Notes under the pieces: model-generated
Told to the model about the DNA's origin: nothing
Seen by the model: only the letters and a program-made list of their open reading frames with translations
The model's database searches: none
Assembly: GCF_022045235.1 (NCBI RefSeq)
Contig: NW_027266272.1
Span: 29,202,001-29,266,000, forward strand
Source of the DNA: Haliotis cracherodii
Lineage: Eukaryota
DNA: 64,000 nt
Direction of reading: 5' to 3'
Position numbers and translations under genes: made by a program
Shown: piece by piece, positions 15,001-27,071 of the stretch
How the letters are laid out: each line of letters begins with the position of its first letter
Numbering within the stretch: the first letter of the stretch is position 1

Positions 15001-18000
15001 CCAACTTCCCCCTTCATCCTCCCTACTTCCCCTCCATCCTCACTACTTCCCCTCCATCCTCCCTACTTCCACACGACCCTCCCTACTTCCCCTTCCTCCT
15101 CCCTACCTCAGCCTCCATCCTCCCCTGTTTCCCCCTCCATCATCCCCACTTCTCCTCCATCCTCCCTAATTCCCCTCAATCATCCCTACTTCACCCTTTA
15201 TCCTCCTTACTTTCCCCTCCATCCTCCCCTACTTCACCTTCCATTACCCATGCTTCCCCCTGGATCATAACTTCCTGTCCCATCCATCCTCCGTACTTCC
15301 CCTCCATGCTCTCCTACTTTCCCCTCCATGATCCCTACTTCCCCTTCATCCTCCCTACTTTCCTTTCTATTCTCCCAACTTCCCCCACCATCCTCCCTAC
15401 TTCCCCTCCATACTCCCTATTTCCCCTCCATCCTCCCAACTTTCCCTCCATCCTCCCTACTTCCCCTTGATACACCCCTACTTCCTCTTCCATCATCCCT
15501 ACTTCCTCTCTATCCTCCCATATTTCTGCCAACATCACCAATACTTCCCCTCCATCCTCCCTACTTCCTGCTACATCATTCCTTCATCCTCATCTACCAT
15601 TCTTACTTCTCCATCCTCCCTATTTCATTGTCCATCCTCTCTACTTCCCCTCGATCCCCCCTACTTACCCTCGTTCCCCCTCCAGCCTCCCTACCTCTGC
15701 CTCCATCCTCCCCTGTGTCCCCTCCATCATCCCTACTTCCCCTCCATCCTCCCTACTTCCCCTCAATCAATCCTACTTCACCCCTCCATTCTCCCTACTT
15801 TCTCCTCCATCCTCTACTATTTAACCCTCCATTCTCGCTACTTCCCCTCCATCCTCCCCTACTTTCACTTCCATGATCCCTACTTCCCCTCCATCCTCCC
15901 TACTTAACCTCCTTCCTTCCTATTTTCCCTCCATCCTCTTTACTTCCCCTCAATCCTCCCTACTTCCCCTCCATCCTCCCTACTTCCCCCTCCATGCTCC
16001 CTACTTCCCTCTCTACCATCCCTTCTTCCCCTCAATCCTCCCTACCTCTGCCTCCACCCTCCCCTGTTTCCCCCTCAATCCTCCCCACTTCCCCTCAATC
16101 ATCCCTACTTCCCCTCAATCATCCCTACTTCACCCCTACATCCTCCCTACTTTCCCTTCCATCCTCCACTACTTAGCCTTCCATCCTCCCTACTTCCCCT
16201 TCCGCCATCTCTTCTTCCCCTCAATCCTCCCTACCTCTGCCTCCATCCTCCCCTGTTTCCCCCTCAATCATCCCTACTTCCCCTCCATCCTCTCTTCTTC
16301 CCCTCAACCATCACTAATTCACCCTCCATCCTCTCTACTTTCTCCTCCATCCTCCACTATTTAACCCTCCATTCTTGCTACTTCCCCTCCATCCTCCCCT
16401 ACTTTCACTTCCATGATCCCTACTTCCCCTCCATCCTCCCTACTTAACCTCCTTCCTTCCTATTTTCCCTCCATCCTCTCTACTTCCCCTCAATCCTCCC
16501 TACTTTCCCCTCCATCCTCCCCTACTTCACCTTCCATGACCCCTGCTTCCCCTTTGATCATAACTTCCTGTCCCATCCATCCTCCGTACTTCCCCTCCAT
16601 GCTCTCCTACTTTCCCTTCCATGATCCCTACTTCCCTGCCATGCTCCCTTCTTTCCCTCCATCCTCCCTACTTCCCCTCCATCATCCCTCCTTCCACTCC
16701 ATCATACCTACTTCCGCTCCATCATCCCTACTTCCCCTCCATCGTAATAGCTTGACCTCCATCCTCCCATACTTCTCCTCCAACCTCCCTACTTCCCCTG
16801 CTTCCTCCCTACTTCCCTACTTCTCCTCTATCATCCCTTCTTCCCCTCCATCATCCCTTCTTCCCCTCCATCATCCCTATTTCCCCTCCATCCTCCCTAC
16901 TTAACCTCCTTCCTTCATATTTTCGTTCCATCCTCTCTACTCCCCCTCAATCCTCCCTTCTTCCCCTCAATCCTCCCTACCTCTGTCCCCATCCTCCTCT
17001 GTTTACCCCTCCATGATCCCTACTTCCCCGCTATGCTCCCTACTTTCCCTCCATCCTCCCTACTTCCCCTCCATCATCCCTACTTCCACTCCATCATCCC
17101 TACTTCCCCTCCATCATCCCTACTTTCCCTCCATCCTAATAGCTTGACCATCCTCCCATACTTCCCCTCCAACCTCACTACTTCCCCTCCATCCTCCCTA
17201 CTTAACCTCCTTCCTTCCTATTTTCCCTCCATCCTCTCTACTTCCCCTCAATCCTCCCTACTTCCCCTCCATCCTCCCTACTTCCCCCTCCATGCTCCCT
17301 ACTTCCCTCACTACCATCCCTTCTTCCCCTCAGTCCTCCGTACCTCTGCCTCCATCCTCCCCTGTTTCCCCCTCAATCCTCCCCACTTCCCCTCAATCAT
17401 CCCTACTTCACCCCTACATCCTCCCTACTTTCCCCTCCATCCTCCACTACTTACCCTTTCATTCTCCCTACTTCCCCCTCCGCCATTTCTTCTTCCCCTC
17501 AATCCTCCCTACCTCTGCCTCCATCCTCCCCTGTTTCCCCCTCCATCATCCCTACTTCCCCTCCATCTTCCCTTCTTCCCCTCAACCATCACTAATTCCC
17601 CCTCCATCCTCCCTTGACCTCCATCCTCCCATACTTCCCCTCCATTCTCCCTACTTCCCCTCCATCCTCCCTACTTCCCTACTTCTACTCCATCATCCCT
17701 TCTTCTCCTCCATCATCCCTATTTCCCCTCCATCCTCCCTACTTAACATCCTTCCTTCATATTTTCCATCCATCCTCTCTACTCCCCCTCAATCCTCCCT
17801 TCTTCCCCTCAATCCTTCCTATCTCTGCCCCCATACTCCCCTGTTTACCCCTCCATGATCCCTACTTCCCCGCTATGCTCCCTACTTTCCCTCCATCCTC
17901 CCTACTTCCCCTCCATCATCCCTACTTCCACTCCATCATCCCTACTTCCCCTCCATCATCCCTACTTCCCCTCCATCCTAATAGCTTGACCATCCTCCCA

Positions 18001-21000
18001 TACTTCCCCTCCAACCTCACTACTTCCCCTCCATCCTCCCTACTTAACCTCCTTCCTTCCTATTTTCCCTCCATCCTCTCTACTTCCTCTCAATCCTCCC
18101 TACTTCCCCTCCATCCTCCCTACTTCCCCCTCCATGCTCCCTACTTCCCTCTCTACCATCCCTTCTTCCCCTCAGTCCTCCGTACCTCTGCCTCCATCCT
18201 CCTCTGTTTCCCCCTCAATCCTCCCCACTTCCCCTCAATCATCCCTACTTCCCCTCAATCATCCCTACTTCACCCCTACATCCTCCCTACTTTCCCTTCC
18301 ATCCTCCACTACTTACCCTTCCATTCTCCCTACTTCCCTCTCCGCCATTTCTTCTTCCCCTCAATCCTCCCTACCCCTGCCTCCATCCTCCCCTGTTTCC
18401 CCCTCCATAAGCCCTATTTCCCCTCCATCCTCCCTTCTTCCCCTCAACCATCACTGATTCCCCCTCCATCCTCTCTTGACCTCCATCCTCCCATACTTCC
18501 CCTCCATTCTCCCTACTTCCCCTCCATCCTCCCTACTTCCCTACTTCTCCTCTATCATCCCTACTTCCTGCTGCATTCTCCCTACTTTCCCCTCCATCTT
18601 CCCCTACTTACCCTTCCATGATCCCTGCTTCCCCCTTCATCATAACTTCCTCTTCCATACATCCTTCGTACTTCCCCTCCATTCTCCCCTACTTTCCCTT
18701 CCCTGTTCCCTACTTACCCTCCATCCTCCCATACTTCCCCTCCATTCTCCCTACTTCCCCTCCATCCTCCCTACTTAACCTCCTTTCTTCCTATTTTCCC
18801 TCCATCCTCTCTACTTCCCCTCAATCCTCCCTACCTTTGCCTCCATCCTCCCCTGTTACCCCCTCCATGATCCCTACTTCCCCGCCATGCTCCCTACTTA
18901 CCCTTCATCCTCTCTTCTTCCCTACTTTTCTATCATCCCTACTTCCCTCCATGATCCCTACTTCCCCTCCATCGTACCTGCTTCACCCTCCATCCTCCCT
19001 ACTTAGCCTCCTTCCTTCCTATTTCCTCTCCATCCTCCCTACTTCCCCTCCATCTTCACTACTTCCTATTCCATCCTCCCTACTTCCCCCTCCATCATCC
19101 CTACTTTCTTTCAATCATCCCTACTTCCCCTTCATCCTCCCTACATTCCCCTCCATCCTCCCTGCTTAGTTTCCCTCCTTCCTATTTCACCTCCATCCTC
19201 CGTACTTCTCCCTCCATCGTCCTACGTCACCTTCCATGACCACTGCTTCCCCCTTCATCATAACTTCCTCTCCAATCCATCCATCCTCCGTACTTCCCTT
19301 CCATCCTCCCCTACTTTCCCTTCCATCATCCCTACTTCCCCTTCATCCTCCCTACTTTCCCTCAATCCTCCCAACTTCCCCCTCCATCCTCCCTACTTCC
19401 CCTCCATCCTCCCTACTTCCCCTCAATCATCCCTACTTCCTGCTGCATTCTCCCTACTTTCCCCTCCATCTTCCCCTACTTACCCTTCCATGATCCCTGC
19501 TTCCCCTTCATCATAACTTCCTCTTCCATACATCCTTCGTACTTCCCCTCCATTCTCCCCTACTTTCCCTTCCCTGTTCCCTACTTACCCTCCATCCTCC
19601 CTACTTCCGCTCCATCCTCCCTACTTCCCCTCCATCCTCACTACTTCCCCCTCCATCCTCCCACTTCTCCTCCATCCTCCCTACTTCCTTTCAATCATCC
19701 CTACTTCCCCTTCATCCTCCCTACTTCCCCTCCATCCTCACTACTTCCCCTCCATCCTCCCTACATTCCCCTCCATCCTCCCTGCTTAGCTTCCCTCCTT
19801 CCTATTCCCCCTCCATCCTCCGTACTTCTCCCTCCATCGTCCTACGTCACCTTCCATGACCTCTGCTTCCCCCTTCATCATAACTTCCTCTCACATCCAT
19901 ACTCCGTACTTCCCCTCCATCCTTCCCTACTTTCCCTTTCATGAGCCCTACTTTCCCTCCATCCTCCCTACTTCCCCTCCATCTTCCCAACTTCCCCCTC
20001 CATCCTTCCTACTTCCCCTCCATCCTCCCTACGTCCTTACTTCTCCTCTATCATCCCTACGTCCCCTCCATCGTACCTGATTCTCCCTCCATCCTTCCTC
20101 CTTCCCTTCCATCCTCACTACTTCCTCTCCATCCTCCCTACTTCCACAACATCCTCCCCACTTCCCCTCCATCCTCTTTACCTATGACTCCATCCTCCCC
20201 TGTTTCCCCATCCATCCTCCCTTCTTCCCCTCCATCCTCCCTACCTCTGCCTCCATCCTCCCCTGTTTCCCGCTCCATCATCCCCACTTCCCCTCCATCC
20301 TCCCAACTTCGCCTCACTCATCCCTACTTCCCCCTACATCCTCCCTACTTTCCCCTCCATCCTCCACTACTTACCCTTCCATGATCCCTACTTCCCCTCC
20401 ATCTTCCCTACTTTCCCTCCATCCTCCCTACTTTCCCCTCCATCCTCCCTGCTTAGCTTCCCTCCTTCCTATTTCACCTCCATCCTCCCTACTTCTCCCT
20501 CCATCGTCCTACTTCACCTTCCATGACCTCTGCTTCCCCCTTCATCATAACTTCCTCTCACATCCATCCTCCGTACTTCCCTTCCATCCTTCCCTACTTT
20601 CCATTCCATGATCCCTACTTTCCCTCCATCCTCCCTACTTCCCCTCCATCCTCCCAACTTCCCCCTCCATCCTCCCCACTTCTCCTCCATCCTCCACTAC
20701 TTCCCCTCAAACATCCCTTCTTCCCCCTTCATCCTCCCTACTTCCCCTCCATCCTCACTACTTCCCCTCCATCCTCCCTACTTTCAACTCCATCCTCCAT
20801 GCTTAGCTTCCCCCCTTCCTATTTCCCCTCCATCCTCCCTACTTCTCCCTCCATCGTCCTACTTCACCTTCCATGACACCTGCTTCCCCCTCCCATCCAT
20901 CCTCCGTACTTCCCCTCCATCCTTCCCTACTTTCCCTTTCATGATCCCTACTTTCCCTCCATCCTCCCTACTTTCCCTCCATCCTCCCTACTTCTCCTCC

Positions 21001-21634
21001 ATCCTCCCCTACTTTCCCTTCCATTATCCTTACTTCCCCTCTATCCACCCAACTTCCCCATCCATCCTCCCTACTTCCCGTCCATCCTCACTACTTCAAC
21101 TCAATCAACGATCCTCCCTTTTTCCCCTCCATCCTACCTACCTCTGCCTCCTTCCTCCCCTGTTTCCCTGTCCATCATCCTCATTTCTTCTCCATCCTCC
21201 CTTTTTCCCCTCCATCCTACCTACCTCTGCCTCCTTCCTCCCCTGTTTCCCTGTCCATCATCCTCATTTCTTCTCCATCCTCCGTACTTCCCCTCCATCC
21301 ACCCTACTTTCCCCTCCATCCTCCCTACTTAGCCTCCCTCCTTCTTACCACCACCCCCCCCCCCCCCCCCCCGCCCCCCATCCTCCCTACATTGTCCTAC
21401 TTCACCTCCCATGACCCCTGCTTCCCCCTTCATCATAAATCTCTCCCATCCATCCTCCGTACTTCCCCTCCATCACTTCTAGCTCCACTCCATCCTCCCT
21501 AGTTCCCCTTCATACTCCCTACTTCCCCCTCCATCCTCCCTACTTCCCCTTCATCCTTCCTACACCCCTACTTCCTTTCCATCCTCCCTACTTCCCCTCC
21601 GTACTCTCTACTTCACCTCCATCCTCTTTACTTT
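1..21634. repeat. Complex polypyrimidine (C/T-rich) satellite, ~20-21 bp monomer CTTCCCCTCCATCCTCCCTA with shuffled higher-order blocks; runs off the left edge of the window
   Basis: Continuous monomer variants with very few G on the + strand. Recurrent landmarks: TAATAGCTTGA(A/C)CTCC and TTCATCATAACTTCCTCTCCC. Near-perfect 641-bp tandem duplication at ~7468-8760. Abrupt switch to ordinary AT-rich DNA at ~21635. Confidence 0.97.
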
Positions 21635-22252
21635 CGAGTGATTTTTCCTACTTAAACCAAGTTATGGTTGATATATAATTTAACATTAATTTTTTTATGA
21701 CCTATATTTTCGTCAGTTACACTTGGATACGCAGCTTATCTGGAGCTCTGCTTTAAAGCCATTAAAATGGACCCAGCGGGGCTTGCAGCCCCTCCACCCT
21801 GGCTTCTCACTCATTTAGACATCCAGGGGTTGACAGCTATGTGAATTTATGTCGATTAACATACGCATATAACTCCATTTGATATTGAGTTATGTCGTTC
21901 AGATATTAGGCAGTATTTTTTTCGCTCACAGTTTCCGTAAAGCTTCGAAATTTAAAAAAACCCACGTCGCACAGTACTTTTATCGGTGTACGATAAAAAG
22001 CCAAGACATTTACTGTTTTTCAACGCAGAATAAATTCTCGGACAACACTTAGAGGTGTCTTTTTTTTAAACCGGTTTAATATTTGCAGTTAAATTTACAC
22101 CATCAAATGGGAAATTTAATATTCTCCACCTCTATGTAATTTTATAGCTAGAGGTAGATCCAGAGCCGCGTGAGCGCAATTCTCGCACAACCTTCACTTT
22201 TCCGATCTTAGGAAAATGTGCGTCAGAAACCCCCCGGCATCCAGAGGGTTAA
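21635..22252. mobile_element. Possible right end of a piggyBac-like non-autonomous DNA transposon (ends ...CATCCAGAGGG|TTAA)
   Basis: Reverse complement reads TTAA-CCCTCTGGATGCCGG, which fits the piggyBac pattern (TTAA target, CCC terminus). A similar motif, CATCCAGGGGTTGA, lies at ~21820-21833. No matching left end in the window. Confidence 0.35.
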
Positions 22253-22379
22253 TTGAGATAAAGACAAGAATTTTCGTTTCACCATGCTGGTTATTATATA
22301 TAAGTTCAGTCTTAAAAACGAATTTACAATAAACACCATAATTTATTTTATAAACGGGGATGGGTTCATGCTCCAAAGA

Positions 22380-22733
22380 CATTGCGTCCCGGAAACCAGT
22401 TGAAAGAAGCGCCGTAGCATTGCCGAGAAGGCTGGGTCCCGTCTCTCATATCCGAAGTGGACAGCGCGCATAGCACGTTTAAGCTATTATAAGAGCGCCA
22501 CCTGACGACAGTGCGAAGGCGGTCGAGTTGGCCGATAGCAAAATGCAAGCACTGCTGTGGAGTTTGATAAATAAGGCGAATGCAAAATCACTGTCTGGAG
22601 CTTGGGCTTTTTTACAACACGTTGTAACCAAAATGGCGATCTGTGGCAAGTGTTGAAAAGACAGTTAGGGCGTGGAAGTCTCATGGAAACATTCGCCTTA
22701 TGGTCGATGAAATTCATACCTGTTATTAAGGAG
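22380..22733 (+). promoter_or_regulatory. Putative promoter and non-coding first exon of the CHPF gene
   Basis: Locally CpG-rich. ETS-like CCGGAA (~22389) and YY1-like AAAATGGCG (22630-22638) motifs. Donor-like GAG|GTAATC at 22733/22734. The first coding exon is preceded by an acceptor (TTGCAG|29652), which implies an upstream exon. Confidence 0.5.
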
Positions 22734-23582
22734 GTAATCTTTTGTGTGAATAGACAGATCATTGTGCATATTAGTTAGTATGACCTATGATATTTACTGT
22801 CAACGACATTCACAAACACAACCGTAAACATGTAACTTAGAATCTAAGTTAGATGTTTGTGGTTGTGTTTGTTAAAGTAGGTTGGAAAGAAGCTGTCATG
22901 GAAATGTCCGAATTATATAGAAAAAGTATACATATATAGTTTTATAAGTTGTAGAATGGCATGTTAATATTGAACAATCAGAACTGAATGTTACTTATCC
23001 GGGTATATGGACCCTTCAATCGAGATATTAAAGTTGAAAACTTGTCTGTCAAAATAGTGTACAACAACAAGTTTGTCAATTATCAATAAACGCCACAGTC
23101 AGAAGTTTTCCACACAATGGTGCCATTCCGGAGTTTGGCTAAGATTGTATATTATCTGTCTGTAACAGGAAAATTCAGAATTTGGAAAGAAGTATAATTT
23201 TGTCTAAAATTAGAATTTATGAAAAGTCATCATTTCTACAACTAGCTCTATAAGTCTAAAGCTTTCTAACCTTGCATTCAATGTAAAACTAAGTAGTCTT
23301 AATAAGCATGATAAGTTCAAGCATTTCATATGACTTTATAACATTTTTACTATTTAGGACATAGGTCAAGTAAAAAAGGCAAATCTGAGGGTTTTATTAA
23401 GTTTTTTTAGTTTCGATCCCTACCTCGCAAATATATTCAGTTAATATTTAACAAAACAATATATATCAATATTGGTGCCTTAAAGGGGCACTGATCTAAA
23501 GCAATTCCCCGGGACTGGTTGTTGCCTTTGTTATTGTTTTATCAGTGTGAGTACCCGGATGATATAGCAGAAATCTAGACTA

Positions 23583-25541
23583 AAGTACTGTCGGAAATGC
23601 TAGAAAACTGCCTTTTGCCTGTTAAAAAGGAATATAATTTTTCACAGACCGATATTGAAATATCCAATAACTACCGATCGCCCTACCTGTGGTTTTAAGT
23701 ATTTTAGTCACAGTTACAGGAGACAAATTCAAACGAAAACATGAAGTTCACATTTATTCTAAGTCCAATGATGGCAGTCTGAAACAGACTATAGAAATAT
23801 GCGCAAGTTACTCTGTTACAATGATAATAATGTAGTCTTCCTAAAACATGTACTCCACACACAAAAATCATTTTGAGAAAATTCTAGATGTGCATCTTCT
23901 AAAATGACAAAATGACACTGCGTTTTTTTTGTTAACATTTCTCCCATGATGCATGTTACATTACACTTGCATAGCCGTAGGCAAGGTACACGATATGGAA
24001 TCTGTACTTGGAAATGCATACAAGTTCTTTACACCAGAGAGATAGAGGGAAACTATTATTAATTTAGATAGGGTGAATTACCGAACTGCCAAAGCTATGA
24101 GGTTTTCAATTCATACCATCAGGTCTATGTTATGATAAGAAAACAAAACAGGTATATGGGTGGTCTCAAAAACAAAACTGGGGCAAAAAAGAATTTGGAC
24201 AGCTTTGATACAGGGTGATTAGGCGTATAGTGTACAAGCTTTATGAGCAGAAGGTAGAATTTGGGAGGAAGATACAATTAATGTTTCCAAGAGATGGGAT
24301 TTCAATACATTGCGCGTGGTGATGACCGAGCACTTTTCAGGGGAAAATACTCCCTCCTGTCTATGAGGTCACATTATCTCCGAACCATTCATAACTATCA
24401 CAGTCAAGGTGTCCAGATAATTTACCTTGGTGAATCATTCCACTGACTATATGTGGCTATTGGCAGATGGACAAAACATGCAAAAAGCACCCATTGTACC
24501 ATCAAGTAAAGGTAATCGTGTCATTGTTTTGCACGCTGCAACCCATGATATGGGGCTTATTGATGGATGTTTTCGAGGCGAAAAAGAAAATTGGTGATTT
24601 TCATAAGGAAATTATAGGAGGTAATGTGTTCATAGACTGGTTGGAACTTCAGCTATTGCCCATTTTAACATGTTTAATCAACGTCTGTGTGGTTGTCATG
24701 GATAACACCAGTTAATATAACGTCCGGGAATCAGACACTGTTGCCCAAACCATGAGTAGTCTGAAGGCGACCATACAGGAATATATGACATTGGTCAACT
24801 TCAGATCATATGAAACGAAAGTTCATGGAGAAAATTAGGCTGAATAAGAAACCAGTAAAGTACAAGACATGTGCTGGCGACACAACACGGTTACGTTGTC
24901 TTACGCATGGCAGTCAGACATTGTGAGCTCAACCCTGTTGTGTCTATCTTGGCTAAATGTACAGGGTTCGTGGCAAGACATATCACAACATTCAAAAGTA
25001 CAGATTGATATACGTCATCAGCGGAAATAAATGCTACCTCAAGAAACCATCTGTAGAACAACAAATACTTCTGGATTCCAAAACCCCAACCTTCCAACAC
25101 TCATCCTGTTTCATAGCTCTTAACTAGTCCATCATGTTTCCAAGCAAATATAATGCAGTTCATATACTAAATTGCTACCTCATCAACGCATGTCAATTAA
25201 GTACAATAACAGTAATATGTTGAGACCACCCCCAACTCGGTGACATTAGCACCTGGGAGAATGCACGGAACGGTGTGAGGTCATCACCTCAGGACAGGTG
25301 TTGGGTAATTACCTCAGGTTATAGGCCATTTCATACATGCATGACAACACACAAATATTTTCTAAGTTTATCATCATTTTACCTGTAAAAGTACATTTTA
25401 AGGGTAATCACAGTGTCAGTTAGGACAGGCTAGATTAGGGCAATTCGCTTTATTTTGATATATGCTCTTTTTATAGTCCTATGACTCGTATATATTAAAT
25501 GAAACCAGAAAAGCAGTTTTCTAGCATTTCCGACAGTACTT
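23583..25541 (+). mobile_element. Decayed IS630-Tc1-mariner element with long D-E spacer (DD82E/Sailor-like), transposase pseudogene
   Basis: Perfect 33-bp inverted repeat at 23579-23611 / 25513-25545 including flanking TA. Frameshifted motifs: YLGESF (~24423), KGNRVIVLHA, GDFHKE...FIDWLELQLLP...VVMDN (24701), HGYVVLRMAVRHCELNPVV (~24940). Second-D to E-position spacing is ~80 codons. Confidence 0.85.
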
Positions 25542-26373
25542 TAGTTCGTGACCTGTGCTGCGCTACTTGTAAGCGCTTTCATTGATAGTGTAAGGGCGTA
25601 TGGTCACATTGATGAACAAACTTAAATATAGTTCAGTTTTGAAAATAATAACAAAATGTAGGTATCTTTGCATAGGTAATGGTGACGAAGTTTTGATAAG
25701 TCACTTGCTTGGTATTGTTCAGTTTTCGTTTACACTATTTTGACTTGCAACACACACAGAAAATATTTCAACTGAGCATTGCTTATTTTATCATGTGTAT
25801 ATTTCATAATCAAAATGTGTAACTTTTTATTTATTAAACGTCTAAATATTCAATTATTTTACAAATTGACTGAAAAATCTGTCCATTTCTGTTATTATGA
25901 TAACAAATTCCAAATATTTTTATGCTTTACTTTCATCAGCCAGTGACTGAAAATGATAGGATTAAAAGAAAACGAATTTCAAAGTACATTTCTGTAGTTT
26001 TGGCTTCTAATCCTAGCATAATTAGTCTATTGTGATGTTTGTCTCGCATCAAAGAACTTCCCAACGAAAACGTAGAGGAACAAAAATGATTCTATTCAAT
26101 GCAACAGCAAATGAATGAAAACAAAATGCAAATATCATAATTACAACCTAGTTGAACCTACCAAAGTTATATGTATAAATTTAGGCAGCTACCTTGTTCA
26201 AGGAATGTATCCATGAATATCCACACAAAGGAACAATATCCCATACGTCTGTAGCTGTACAAATCAACTTATTCGATCTCACATGTCTCTGTAACAATCA
26301 AATATTTGAAAATACATACAGCTTTTCCAGATATTATGACCCGTGTTCATTTCTCAACTGATCACTTAGTTTG

Positions 26374-27071
26374 TTATCCCCCGCCCCAACAAAGTTGGTG
26401 GGGGATATAGAAATGGGTTCCGTCCGTGTGTGAGTGTGTGTGTGTGTATGTTTGTGTTTGTGTGTGTGTGCGTGCGTCCCGAAATCGTTTCCGGTTCATA
26501 ACTCAGAAACCGTTAAATATTTCTCTACGAAACTTTGTATGTCTATCAGACTCATGCTGAACTGGTGCCTTTTGCTATTTAGGAATTTTATGAATTTTTA
26601 TTTTTTACGTTTCCATGGCAACAAGTTGGACTTAGGTTCTATAAGGGTGGTGTTCGTTTCAGGAGCGTAACTAAAACTGCGTTAAATACTTTCTTACAAA
26701 ACTTTGCATGTCTACCAGGCACATACTGAACTGTGCCTTTTGATATATAGCACTTTTATAAATTTTTATTGTTTATGTTTCCATGACAACAAGTTGGATT
26801 TAAGTTTTAATATAGGATTGGTTTACTGAAGTAGTATAACAAATAAACTGTTAAATATTTCCTTGCCAAACATTGCATGTCTATATATAAAGCGCATACT
26901 GAACTAGTGCTATTTGATATTAAGGAGTTTTAGAAATGTGTATTTTCGAATTTCCATTGCAGCTATTTTGACATGGGCCAAGAGAAATGTTGGGTCAGTT
27001 ACCTGGTTTGGGACCATAACATGTTAAAATGGGCGGGGGATATAGATGACTTTGTCAACTATATGCTTGTT
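26374..27071 (+). mobile_element. Helentron/pearl-type MITE with ~3 diverged ~168-bp core repeats
   Basis: 5' TTATCCCCCGCC with adjacent inverted copy, GTCC/(TG)n microsatellite, cores starting at ~26486, 26655 and 26820, 3' GGCGGGGGATAT...ATGCTTGTT. Same architecture as 36020-37245. Confidence 0.75.

Noticed and set aside
9017-16370. TTAACCCTC motifs as telomere repeats or the left piggyBac TIR
   Set aside because: Single satellite variants; not followed by GGATGCC and not tandem CCCTAA.
21354-21379. C19 homopolymer read as polyproline
   Set aside because: Simple slippage tract at the array edge; its length may also be a sequencing artefact.
92-21414. Dozens of Pro/Ser/Leu/His-rich ORFs (extensin- or mucin-like)
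   Set aside because: They are open in all three + frames only because the strand lacks G and stop codons. Monomer lengths are not multiples of 3, indels shift frame freely, and the - strand hits TAG regularly.
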